From positions 10,602,001 through 10,666,000 of the forward strand of contig CM060733.1 of the NCBI GenBank assembly GCA_030704615.1: DNA of 64,000 nt, given 5' to 3'. Each line of letters begins with the position of its first letter. Positions within the stretch are counted from its first letter, which is position 1. Origin of the DNA: Takakia lepidozioides. Taxonomy: Eukaryota; Plantae; Bryophyta. Below are positions 12,988-25,500 of the stretch, piece by piece. Both the position numbers and the translations under genes were made by a program. The notes beneath the pieces are model-generated. The model was not told the origin of the DNA. It made no database searches and worked only from the letters and a program-made list of their open reading frames with translations.

Positions 12988-13928
12988 GCGATGATCGGTA
13001 ACGATCATCGCTTTAAGGTCCATTCCCTTCTTGTTCAGATCAGTTCAGAAATGACATGGTCGTGCAGGAAAGTGATGATCGGTGCCGACCATCACATTCA
13101 GCTCTCATTGTTTGTGCATCCCTTGGCACTTACATAGTGATGGTCGGTACCGATCATCACTTTCGGTAATGACTGCATGTTACCCCAAAATCCAAACTCG
13201 CACAAGAAGCCTTTGTAGAATGAAATGCTTTAGGTGGAAAAATGTCCATCCCACTTCAGATCTGGAATTGCAGTAACAGAAAAGCGATGGTCGGTAGCGA
13301 CCATCGCCTCCAAGTCCATTTCTTTGCTCTAAATCTCATACAACGAAATGCAGAATTCTGCTGTGAAGTGATGATCGGTGCCGACCATCACATTCAGACC
13401 TCATGGGTTGTGCTTCCCAAGGCAGTCTGATTGTGATGATCGGTACCGATCATCACTGTTTGAACGGTTTGGCAATACACCAGAATCCAAAAGAGGAGAC
13501 CAAGTTCAGTGGGTGAAAGAAGGGATTCTGACTAAGAGTGATGATCGGTGCCGACCATCACACTCATACCTCATGGGTTGCGCTTCCTAAGGCAGTCTTG
13601 ATTGTGATGATCGGTACCGATCATCACTTTTTGAACAGATTGGCAATGCACCAGAATCCAAAAGAGGATACCAAGTTCAGTGAGTGAAAGAAGGGATTCT
13701 GACTAATAGTGATGATCGGTGTCGACCATCACATTCAGACCTCGTGGGTGTTTGCATCCCAGTGCTGTCTTGTGGTGATGGTCGGTACCGACCATCGCTT
13801 GCATCATCCTGATGGTCGGCACTGATCATCGCAATCTAGTGAGAACTGAGTCAAGGTGCATTGGGAAACCAACTAGAATTTCCATTCATTTGTTAGAAGA
13901 GAAACTGATGGTCGGTACCGATCGTCAA
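12988..13928. repeat. Array of 12 copies of a 24-bp palindrome G(T/C)GATG(A/G)TCGGT(A/G)CCGA(T/C)CATC(A/G)C, partly within about 170-bp tandem units
   Basis: Copies start at 12988, 13072, 13137, 13284, 13368, 13433, 13538, 13604, 13709, 13775, 13809 and 13905. Four more lie in predicted introns at 15822, 15958, 16043 and 17318. Confidence 0.95.
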
Positions 13929-13993
13929 TGTGTTAAAATGTCTGTTTCCAGAATACCAGTTGAATGTTGCTGTTGTGGGTTTTGGGTATGCAG

Positions 13994-16900
13994 AAAAATG
14001 TAAAGTCTAAGCAGGCAGAAACAGATGCAAAGGGCTCTGAAGGGGACGGCTCCACGAAGAGTTCTGAGAATAGCGAAGACATCGACGAGCCTGAATTGCA
14101 CTACCTTGACAAGGTGAAAGAACTGATGTCATATCAAAAGGTAAATTCCCTGGAGGCTATTAGGGACATGATCGTCTCTGGAGGACATCTTGAAATCCCT
14201 CTGCCGGATGATCTCCATGCCCGTTGTTCGTCCTTCACTTTCGCATGACATTACCAAGTTGGAAACAGATTTCGTGCACGGGTATAGAATGGGTGCACAA
14301 GTTTTTTACATCTCACTGAAGGATACTAATGGTCACAGCACAAAAGTGAGCCCAAAGATTACGGACAACTGGGATGATTGCTGGAAGGATGTGAATGACA
14401 AGTTCGAGGACTCTCTGCTGCTTGGACATAACACCCAGCAGTTCTGCAACCACATGTTCTATGTCTGGGATGGGAACCATCGTCTGCTAGCTTAGATGGG
14501 GTACATTGCGAAACACCATTCAAAAGACAAGGACAAGCATTGTGTTGTGGAGGCAATGGTTCTGAATCCTGGGAACGACATCGCGAGACTTCTGACAGCT
14601 ATGCATGATGTGAACAAGTAGGACTTCCTCAAACCTTGGTGCCAGGCTGGATTGTGCTTTTTGGGAACTGATTCAGATCCTTCACCGTCTGATCCGAGTT
14701 CCAAATCTCAAGCCATCTAACTTTTGTCTGGGGATCAACCATAGAGAGAGCCAGCCTGTGCAATTTCTCCTGTTGCATCTCTGGATGTATATGCTTGTCG
14801 TAGTGGGATTTGATTTGGAGAAGGAACTCTCCCCAAGTCCGGGATCCACTATTCTCAATTGCTTCAGGAAGGCCGACATCAGCTTCGTCCTCCTTATCTT
14901 GTACTCCTTCTTTATGGCTGCTCCAACACCTTTAGCAGTCCTCAGCTCTTCTGCTGTAGTGCGGTAGTACTCAGATTTCCCCCTCTCGGCGGCCTCTGCC
15001 AGTTCTTGCTGCAAGTAACAATGATTGGATTACCATACATACAATTGCAAATTTGTATTGAATAAGATATGAAGAAGTGGGTTGGGCCATACCGCATACA
15101 TGTACTCCAAAAATGTATCTCGGGTCAACGAGTACCAGGTCCCTGCAGCTCTTCCTGTTTCGCACTTCTTGATGACATCAGGATGTAGCACTGTGCGGAA
15201 CTCATCAAGCTTCATCAAACCAATTCTCTGAATGCGGAATAGTGTGTGGACCAAGCTCGTAGTAACATGCAATTTCTCTGTCGATGTGCAAACAGGGAAT
15301 ACACATTGCATAGGTAAGAAATATTTAACGTTTGGACTTGAAATGCGCACAACATGCAATTTGAAAGGCAATGGGTTTGATCAGTGGCTTCACAAGGCCA
15401 CATTTTGGAGTCAGGTATTTGTGGATTCAAGTACCTGTTGTATATGAAATATCCTATAGCTTTGTCATGCGCAATTCTGATACATGTTCCCATTGCAGCT
15501 GGAGAAACGCGCCATTCTTGTCCTGGAGCAGAATTTGAAGGACTTGAATATTTCGATGGTCTCACCACCACATATGACCTTGGAGGTGTACATTAGAAAG
15601 TGGAAAGGTCTCACGTGGCGGTACTGTTTCTTCCGCGAGTTCTCCAGGGATGGCAACATATTGAGGTCGAACGATTTCGACAGTCAAGTTGGAGGGGAGT
15701 GGGCGATGATGCGTGTTGTGTACAGGTGCAGTGCCTTAAGCCTATCCATCACATTCTTTGAACTTTTGTCATGCCTCATTGAGAAAAGCTTAATATTTCT
15801 TTCCTGCTACACAACAGTTTGGTGATGGTCGGTACCGATCATCACATCCACTGCTATGATATTCTCTAGTCAAACAGTTGTCACTGCAGATCATGTCCAT
15901 GTTTCCATCCTTAATCCTGCCTCTATTATCATAGGCAGTCTGTTTCTGATGAATGAAGTGATGGTCGGTGCCGACCATCACATTTCCCAGTTGTGCAGTC
16001 TACATAATCATAAGGATTTGCCAACCCATGTTGCATGTGAAAGTGATGATCGCCACCGATCATCACTTTCTTCTGCTTTTTGATATCTTGTTTTGGGGGA
16101 TGGTGTTTGTTTGAGCCTCCGCAGGTACACTAAATATGTGCTGATGGAAGGAAAACACCTGAGTGGAATCCCAGATTAGGTCCTGGACATGTGGTCCGAC
16201 CCTGCCAACGATCCCACCATGTACACAGCTAGTATCTTGAGGGACTGGAGTCATGCCCACTTCAGGGGCTGTGGATGGTACCTCGACCGCCCTCCAGAGC
16301 ACACGACATTTCAAGAGCAGCATATGAAGTATATGAACAGCCATGCGGAGATGCTAGCACCTTTGAACGACGAAGAGTACCAGAGGAACATTGCTTCATT
16401 GGCAACCAAGGAGCCAAACGCGCAGGCAACTCCACAGAAAGGTAGAAAGGCGGGTCGCAAGGTGAAAGATCCAAAGGCTTCGGAGGTAGTAGCCAAGTCA
16501 CCTGGGAAGCCTAAGGAGAAAGAGAAGGAGAAGGAGAAGGGGAAGAAGAAGGAAAAGGAGAAAGAGAAAGACAAGGAGAAGGACAAGGAGAAAGATGAGA
16601 CCGCTGGGAGGTACACCCGCACTATTGAATGCGTTTTCGATGCCAAGCCACACCCATCCCGTGCGGACTTGGCAGGGCAGATCAAGATTGTGAATGAGGG
16701 ATGGCTGGCGATGATGGAGACTCGGAGAAAGAGTTACTCGGGGGTGCCATCACCGACTTGGGATAACATGATTTCATTTCTTCATCTGGTAAGAATCTTT
16801 CTCTTCACATGGGACTTTCAAAATTGTGAATGCGAATGTAGATGATGGTTTCTGTTGGGACCCTCATTTTTATTTGACTTGAAATTCTACCTGTATGCTG

Positions 16901-17734
16901 CAGGTGAGCACTGGTCCCTCATTCGTATGCGGTGTTCAAAAAACCTTTGCCGCTGACATGGTCATCCTTGACATCCCAGACGGCCAGCCTGTCCCCGATG
17001 TTCCTCCAAAGGGAAAGACTCCATCCTGGAACAGATTCGATGAGAACTACTGGAGTTGGGTATTCGGATTCTGCAAAATTTCCTTTCAGATGCATGAACG
17101 CTTTTGCTCTTCCAGTCATGTGACAAGGATAGTCGTAGGGGACTGGCATCATACCTGAAGTCGTCTGGGTTCGAAATTCTGAGGACATGGAATTGTGTGA
17201 ACATCCTGTACCTTCTGAAAGGTGGTTGCCCTGGACAGCTGGTATGGCACCGCCCTCCTCTGAACTGTTTCCCAATGTCTTTTCAATTGTTTCTGCTGGC
17301 TTGCTCTACCACCATATGTGATGATCGGCACCGATCATCACAAAAACATTCCATTGTAGTTTTCATTTGCAGTCCATGTTCTGTTCTTTCATGCGCCAGA
17401 ATTCCTTTCAAATTTCCATGTCTCACTCCTACCTTGCATCTTTGCCAGACAAGGATGTTTGAGGCAATCTGCTTGAGGAGGATTCGCACCTCCAAAACAC
17501 CTTCCTCCGTTCGCAGCTTTGAAATTTCCGACCAGGGGTGTTTTATCAACCAACCATATGAACCGCATGTGGATGACATGTTGTACAATTTCATGCACTC
17601 CAGTCAGACAGCCAAAAGACCAGATGGGTTTCCGTGGAGAGGTGCAAGGGAGAGAACCCCAACGTTCATGCAGACGCTCTTGGAGTCATGCAGCCACCAT
17701 TCTGCAAGGGTGGTCGACCTCACACTATCCACAG
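13994..17734 (+). pseudogene. Multi-exon ParB/Srx-like domain plus amino-(N6A/N4C) DNA methyltransferase-like fusion gene, disrupted and internally inverted
   Basis: Exon 13994-14617 contains MPVVRP...FYVWDGNHRLLA(*/W)...LLTAMHDVN. Later exons: 15499-15725; 16125-16788 (KEKE tract); 16904-17241 containing ADMVILDIPDG (motif IV-like); 17449-17734 containing RERTPTFMQTLLESCSHHSARVVDLTLSTG (motif X-I-like). Boundaries are GT/AG. Confidence 0.7.
14636..15373 (-). other. Inverted segment within the ParB-MTase gene
   Basis: Two minus-strand exons (STEKLHVTTSLVHTLFRIQ... and QELAEAAERGK...) lie inside a plus-strand gene. They are bounded by inverted microhomology TCAAACC (14629-14635) and GGTTTGA (15374-15380). 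Flipping the segment restores the intron and near-continuous reading ...STIQPGTK/FDQWLHKATFWSQ. Confidence 0.75.
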
Positions 17735-17829
17735 GTTTGTTGGTTCAATACTATTTCCATTTTCAAGGTCTTCCAGTTTGCATCCGATTTTGCATCCTCT
17801 ACAACCTTCTTGAGGCTTTTTGTCTTGGC

Positions 17830-19960
17830 ACCATTGGTGCTCTATTCATTTGTCTATAGCTGGGCAGGCTCTGGTTGCTAACTAGGTAATCCAATCTTCC
17901 TCATGGTTTTCCTCGGCTGTCTAGTCCCCTGGCTCCAAGATTATCTCGCAGATTAAAACCATGACTCGTAACTTCATATGGGGGGCTACCCCGGCTATGC
18001 CAAACAGAAGAAGCCTGATAAGCTGGGCCCATATCTCTCAAAAAGAAAAAAACGGGGGCTTAGGGGTTCTGGACCCTCAATCTCAAATCCTTGCCTTATT
18101 GGCCAAATGGGTGCCTAGAGTTTTGACTCATCTTTCATCTCCGTGGAGCCTTGTTGTCAGATGTCATATTCTGGACTCTGGGCCTCTAGCGGCATCTTGG
18201 CCAGAGTCATTGAGATGGATAACCTAGGGTAACCGCTCCTCCCGTGCCTTCTCCTTCGGTTCAAAGGCGTGGCAGTCCATCTGGGCTGCCTGGATTAAAA
18301 TGAGGCCCAGTCCACCCCGCTAAGACAAGGGAAGAAGCCATGAGGCAGCCTCTATTTGGAAATCTCAATGCTGACTCTGACTCCTTAATTACCTGCTCTA
18401 AAAAAATGGGCATCCTGGGAGAAGGCAGGGATTGGTTGCTTCCTCCACATTTGGGAATCAGGGTTGATTCTACCCAGAGCCACAACCACCAACAATCTTT
18501 CACCTAAGAAGGCTGCATGCTGGGATCAGATTGTCAATGACATTCCTCAATTGTGGATATCGCTTTGTTCTTTTCCTTCCAATATTAGGGCTTTGCCAGT
18601 ATGGCTGGGGGGGACAGTGGCAATGCTTCTAAGTATGCCCTTTATGCAATCCACAGAATAAGGAATCTAAACTCTGGATGGAAATTTCAAGTTCAATTTG
18701 ATGGAACCCTAACTTCCCCAGTGTGGTCTCACTTGCTAGAATCGGATATGCATGCCATTAGAGTTTACTGCAAAGACTCTGGGAAATGCGATCCAATTCC
18801 TCCCATGAATATGCAACATTATTTCGGATCCTTCAACTGGTTTCTTACTGCCCCTTTGCATATGCTGCAATTCGACCCAGCAGAATGGAACTGGATATCT
18901 AAAAGGCATGATCCTTTTCTGGGATACAAAGTCAAGCTGGGCTACTCTTTATTAAGGCCTCCAGTTACTTTTGAGGCCAAATGGAATGCCAAGTGGGGAC
19001 ATCTACCCACTCTACCCCTAAATTGGCAACACATCTGGAAGGATGTATGGAGAAAGGACAGACAGGCCAAAATCTCGGGATTTCTTTGGAAGCTGGTCAA
19101 TAGAATTCTGTCTGTCCTTCAAGTCATTCCAGATGCTCCTGACCAATGTCAAGTGTGCAACCTGGGTCTCTCGGAATCACTGGATCATTGTTTGGTAGAA
19201 TGCCCCTTCGCTGGGTTCATCTGGAATCGTATCAGAATGTTTTACTTGGCCTGGGACCCGTCCATTCCCATGTAGTCTTCGTTAATCTTGCTCAACCTTC
19301 ACGAAGGATCAATCTATTCTAAATGCCCGGTATGGGCCTGTCTTCGAGCGCACTCGCTATGGAATGTATGGAAAAACAGATGTTCATTGGTGTTGGGGGG
19401 GGGTCTTTAGCCCAGTGTTCAGAAGGTTTTCTTCATGATCTATTCAGATTTAATGACTGAAGCAAGAAAGGCCTGGAATGTCCTGTGTGCAGCTACTTCT
19501 CGATGTGCACAACGAAGGAGACAACTACTTTTCATTGGCTTTGATAATGCTTGGGGAAAAGGGAACATCATCTGCACAACGACATCAGACTCATTGATTG
19601 TCTGGAACGACAGCATCCCGCCATGATGGCAGCTCCACTAGCGCCCAACTATCTATGGAGCAGGAAGAATCAGATAAGAATTGGAGGCATAAGAGAACCT
19701 CCAGAAAGGGCAAATCCAAAGCCCACCTCTCTTTTGAATCCTCTGGACGCAGAATCAATGAGCCTTTGTAGTCTTGTCTCGCTGCTATGGACCTACTCAT
19801 CCTTAGTCTCCTGCAGCCTCTCTTAGATTTGGCCAGGGGGCAGTGTCTCCTTTATCATCCTTATGGTTGTTTTTTCATGAGGTTATTTTTTCCTCAGTTT
19901 TATTAATAAAATTTGTCAGGGCTCCCCTGTTCACAACCAAAAAAATAAAAAAATAAAAAA
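17830..19960 (+). mobile_element. 5'-truncated L1-clade LINE (post-RT region, zf-RVT, A-rich tail)
   Basis: Motifs: LSIAGQALVAN*VIQSS, RNFIWG...ISWAHISQKEKNGGLGVLD...ALLAKW, FLWKL...CQVC...ESLDHCLVECPFAGFIW and LWNVWKNRC. AATAAA lies at about 19905 and an A-rich tail at 19939-19960. Confidence 0.85.
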
Positions 19961-22272
19961 GGTAGTATGTAGGCAGCGTCCATATAGTATGATCAAATAG
20001 CATATATTAGATTGTTGATTGGAATTGTTTTCCAATAGGAGAAACCTTTCCAGATTTTCGAATGCTCGGTTATTTATGTAATCTTCTGACCCAAAAATAC
20101 ATACGATATTACTGCAAATCTTCAATTCATCCCCACCTCCCCAGCCCGAGTCCAACTTAGTCCCCAACATCTTTGTAATTTTGATCTAATAAGACAAATT
20201 AGATAATGATTTCTAAATACTATTTCATTTGTTGGCCCTTGGGTCCTTCCCAGACTGGGATTTTGTTAGCCAGGTTGGGTCAAACATTGGGAACACATAT
20301 GGTATTGATACATGAAGAGTTGATGGATGATAAGTATTTCATTCATAGGGACTGATGATTTACAAGAACAAAAATCGTGTAACCCTCCTGCTAAAAAAGG
20401 CAGCTGCATGTATCCCATGCGTTTGTTTCCCAGGCTGGACTACGTTGTGGTGACAAGTTTTTGGCTTATACCTTATATTGGAGGTGCTAGTATATTTGAC
20501 ATAGATGGGTGGATAGATGATGGATGATAAATGTTTCATTCATGGGGGCGATCATCACACAAGGGCACTCCGCGTGAATAGTGCTACTTTCATCCATAAT
20601 AAACTTGAAACTTCATCCATTTACTCCAGATGTTACGTGAGGGAGGTGTTACATGAAGAAGGCACATCATCTAAGTAGTTTTTGGCAAAGGAGAGGAGGT
20701 GACATCTGGGAGGCACAACAATGACTTAGCGATTTTTTCACACTGATGCATAGTCTCCTGTTTACAATAGAGATTCGAATACTCACCCAATGCTTCGATG
20801 TTACTACTCCAGTAGTAGGTATGATGTCATTCTTCGCGGACGTTAAAAAATACATATAACCCTCCTTGAAACTTCGCATGTATCCCCAATGCGTTCCTTG
20901 ACCAAATTAACTTTGAAATTTTTGACTGATTGAATAAGCCCCCCCCCCCCCCAATCCAAGCATATTAAGGGGACTATGACAATAGACAATTGTTTTTGAT
21001 ATAGTCTTGTAGCAGTCACCCAAAAAAACAATGAGAAATATTCCCTGGAAATTTCGCTGTTCATGCTCACCGCTCATGCAAAGTGATTAACTATAATATT
21101 ATGTTGATAGGCAAATTTAAGATATGTTAGTACCATCACCTTCACGTAACTTAGTGGAATTCACACATATATTCCGTAGGATGGCTTTTCAGGATAGTGT
21201 AAATTTGAACAAATAATCATTATATTATTCATTACACGGAGTCATTCTCTCATATAATGATACATCGGCCCACATAAATACATTATTCACAGAAATAAAA
21301 TGTGAGCTTTTAATCTTGCTCACAGGAATGATTCTTTTTGCCAACCCACCATTAACTATAAGAGTACACCACAAAGTACAAACGATACACATGAACAGTA
21401 TGATCACTGGATCTCACACTGTCTGGTAGTCACCTATTACTTTTAAGAGGGACAAAATACCCTTTGCATTCCCACAGGTCAGGGTCAACTATGCTATTAT
21501 CGGTGGCGGCAAAGCAAGATAATAGATGAATACCCACTATCTTACCTGGGACTCAGTATTTTGGATTTGTAGTGTGCACTCTGCAAAAGTATACATTGTT
21601 GTACATTGTTGTAGTTGGCTGTTTTAGGGAATTATCCCATATTGTTTGCACATCATTTTGCAGGGACTACTGTCGTGGCACATTTGGGCATAGGACACAA
21701 AAAGTGTGCAGATGTTGAGGCAGTTTTCAGGACTGCCAACCCTGCTAAGTTATTCCCTAGCTCACAGGGAGGGATTGTAGGTCCCCAGGTTTGAAGGATG
21801 TGATCTACTTACACCATTTACAATTGTTTTCAGACACTATACAAGCCTAGAGCTCTCAACAAGTCACTGTGAAGGGCTTCTTCCTTCCAGTTTCCCCAAA
21901 AAGGAACAGAAAAAACAAAAACAAATCCTAGAAAACAATCGGAACCGTCAATCTGCCCTCCGTATTCCATGTGGATCCTTGAGAGCGCAGAATTGTAGAG
22001 AAAGGTGCCCCCTCAGATAAGACGCGCACCGTGCAACGGATTCTGAGGTGGTTCGATGCTCAACGACACTTCTCGTCCCCCTTCCGGTTCTAATTTTTTG
22101 TTTGTGTCTCTTCCTCTCTCTAAGTTCTCACTTGGGTTCCTCTGATGCCACACGTTTTCTTCCTATCAGTAGCGAAGAGCTCATGCTCGCTTTCTTGCCC
22201 CACCTGCTGCAATTGCTGATTGTGGGCTCTCAATCCCTTACAGAAATTCTGTAGGGGTTGTGTCCCACAGCC

Positions 22273-22527
22273 ATGGCGGGTCTCATTGAGACAGTGAGAG
22301 GCCCAGCGGGAGTTGGGTGTTGGTACTCGCAGTCGTATGCGTTGCTGTCCTCCCAATGCTCGAGTCTCTGTCCTGCATCTGCCGCCTCGCCTTCCAGCAG
22401 CAAATGTCGAGTTAGAAGGACGGGGAGGCTGCAAGTCTCCAGCTCCTTGCAGTCTATGGTGTCTGATATGAGCAAGAAAGGTATGGCTTCCAGGTACGGT
22501 AAGATGCCAGCCAGAGAGCGAGAGCGA

Positions 22528-22564
<37 letters not shown>

Positions 22565-25500
22565 ATGGATGCAGATGTACAGGAGGAGGTATTAAAGACT
22601 GTCATATTTTATATTGGAAGGTGGAAGTGCAGAAGCAAGTGTTATTGGGTGAAGAGAGGCACGAAAGTTGGTTGCTTCTGAGTCGGGATGATGCTATGGG
22701 ACTAGTACAGTGTAAGGTGATGCAGGAAAATTCTGGGTGGACAATGTGAGCACCCACACTGTGAGTGCAGCAGCAGAGAAGCTCTGAATTTGCTTGATTC
22801 CCCCTGACTTGCCTATATGACAATCCCATTCGAAGATATCGTGGTTTAACAATGAGTATGAGAGTGCCTAGCACCGAATTTGCTGATATACTCGCACCGT
22901 TTGTGCTTAATGTGAGCTTTTCTCCAGTGTTGAGTGAAAGCCCCCTCCTGCTTTTGACCATCCTTGGTTGGTCGAATTTCCAGGAGGAGATTCCTCTCCA
23001 TTTACTCCACTGGACATTTTTTCACTCCAGTCCATTCTGCATTGCAGATAAGTCGAGTTTGCTAAACCAATATGCGGACACCGGAATTGGAATGAAAGGT
23101 TATGTAGAGATAGGACGCGGTTTAAGTCCTTCTACTCTTCTGGTATTCATGTCCTTGTATGCCCCATTAATAGAGAAGCTAAAGGCCTAACAAAATGGGG
23201 GTGGGAGCAGCACCGAAGGGGTTGTTTCCACCCGAGCCACAACCATACAGCGGCCCAAAGCTGAAGGTGGCCATCATTGGGGCGGGCCTCTCCGGGATGT
23301 CCACAGCTGTCGAACTTCTGGATCAGGGCCATGAGGTACTCTTTCGGTTTGTTTGCCCAAACCTTAGTGTGCACACAGACATTGACCAGGAGCAACAGAT
23401 ATGATTTTGAAGTAGATGGGAAAAAGACTTGTGAGCGGTCTTTGTTTCTTGAGAATTGGGCTGTTAACGCACATCATGCTCTTCTTTGCCTTACAAGTGT
23501 AGGTCCTATCATACAGAAGTTACTGAAATTTGTGCAGCCTATTTCATGATTGAGTCCATTCTCACTACAAAGCTATGTTGGTATTGGCAGGTGGATATAT
23601 ACGACTCACGGTCCTTCATAGGTGGAAAAGTAGGGTCATTCATGGATAAAAATGGTAACCATATTGAGATGGGTTTGCACGTGTTCTTTGGCTGCTACAA
23701 CAACCTCTTTCGTCTTTTGACCAAGGTCTGTTCCACACTGTTCTACTCTCTCTTCTTGTCCCAGAAGCTCTATGAGCTTTCCGCGGAGTTATAAAGCACC
23801 ATCATCATCATCATCATCTTCTTTGGCTGGTTGCTGAAAGATATGTGGCAGAAGGTTTGCAGCAGCATGAATTTTAATTTGAATATGACAGTTATTATTT
23901 CAGAGTGGTTTGTGAAGGGTCTATTTCGTGTCTTTGCATTGAACAGTCAATGATGGAACATGGGTGGAGTGAGACCAGGTTGGGGCTGATAACAATCTGC
24001 TGGTGAAGGAGCATACCCATACGTTCATTAATAGAGGTGGAATCAAAGGAGGTAAACTTCTCAACAAACCCTAGTAGAATTCTGACTATTATTGTAGCTT
24101 TCTGGCATAGTTTTTGCTGTTGTGTTTGACTAATGTCAGCGGACACGTCTCGATTGCATCCATGTGAGCTAGAAAGGCATATCTAGTGTACGTGCGCATG
24201 TGTCTCTTCTGGGCCTTCTCTGATACCATAAGATTCTGGTTTCACCAGAGGCTATGCATTACAGGAGCTTTCTGAAGTATACACTTTTCGTGATTAGATG
24301 TATATAGAGTCACATGTGTGTTGTATGCTTGCTGTCTTCTCAGTATGCTCTCTGTGGTGTGCATGACAGAATTGGATTTTCGATTTCCAGTGGGTGCACC
24401 CCTCCATGGCATGAAGGCTTTCCTTACAACTAATCAACTTGAGGTAAAATGAGACAAAGGCTAAGGACCTCCATGTCACTCTATTAAAAGTTTGTGATTT
24501 GTTTCTGGGGAGAAGCAAGTTCATTTTCTTTCTGTATGGTGCTCTGCTTACAGAGCTCTGCATGTGCAAGTTTCTTGTCAGCGCTCTGAGGGTACTGTCT
24601 GTGGTTTAATTGATCTGCGTTTTCAACCAGGGCAGATCTTTGACAAGGCAGCAAATGCAGTGGCTCTAGCTACGAGTCCAGTTGTGCGAGCTCTTGTGGA
24701 TCCAGAGGGAGCGATGCGTAACATTCGTGATTTGGATTCGGTATTTATTGAGGACTTTGAGTGCCTTCTTCTCTTTCTTCCTTGCACCTGTTAGTTTAAT
24801 TCCTTTTTGGTTCATTGGTTGTACATTTCCTACTCGTGCTATCACAAGACTGAACTTGTGTTTTTCCTCTTTAGGAGATGATGTTCATAATCTCTGTATC
24901 ATTGGGCATGGCAGATAAGTTTTTCGGATTGGTTCATTTCTCATGGAGGGACACGCATGAGCATCAAAAGGATGTGGGATCCAATTGCATATGCACTTGG
25001 GTTCATTGACTGTGACAATATCAGTGCTCGCTGTATGTTCACTATTTTTGCTTTCTTTGCAACTAAAACGGAGGCATCAGTGCTCCGCATGCTCAATGGG
25101 TCTCCTGACTTGCGGCTGAATGGTCCCATCAGCAAGTATATAACCGACAGGGGTGGCAGGTAGGCTAGCATTTTCTCTCCAGTTCAATCTTAGTTGATCT
25201 GTTGTTTTATGCATAGTTGAGGGTTAGCGAGGGAGGAAACCCAGGAGGGGTAGGGGTTCTGTGAGATTTGTTGGGCTTTAAACATGTCTGGTCTTTGCAG
25301 GTTCCACACAAGATGGGGATGTCGGGAGATTCTGTATGACTATACTCCTGAAGGCGAAACTTATGTTTCTGGGCTTGTCCTGACTAAGGTGGGTGTTCTG
25401 CAGTTCTTCTCCATGCTTTGTTGCTAAATAACTGTCTGTTGTCCAATTTGGTTGGATGGGGAGTGTTGGAGTAATTTTGTTGGAGAAATCTTCTCACTGT

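Noticed and set aside
12327-13137. GC-rich ORFs of 184-216 aa
   Set aside because: They overlap CACTA subterminal repeats, are stop-poor by composition, and show no protein motifs.
12988-13928. CRISPR array (24-bp palindromic repeats with spacers of about 41 bp)
   Set aside because: Spacers are homologous to each other and vary from 10 to about 123 bp, copies also sit in predicted spliceosomal introns, no cas genes are present, and the context is eukaryotic.
13994-17734. Bacterial or phage contamination as the source of the ParB-MTase gene
   Set aside because: It has GT-AG introns and is nested between plant CACTA and LINE elements.
19961-21500. Possible continuation of the MTase gene or another TE
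   Set aside because: No recognisable motif; only a half-palindrome (CGATCATCAC) near 20549.
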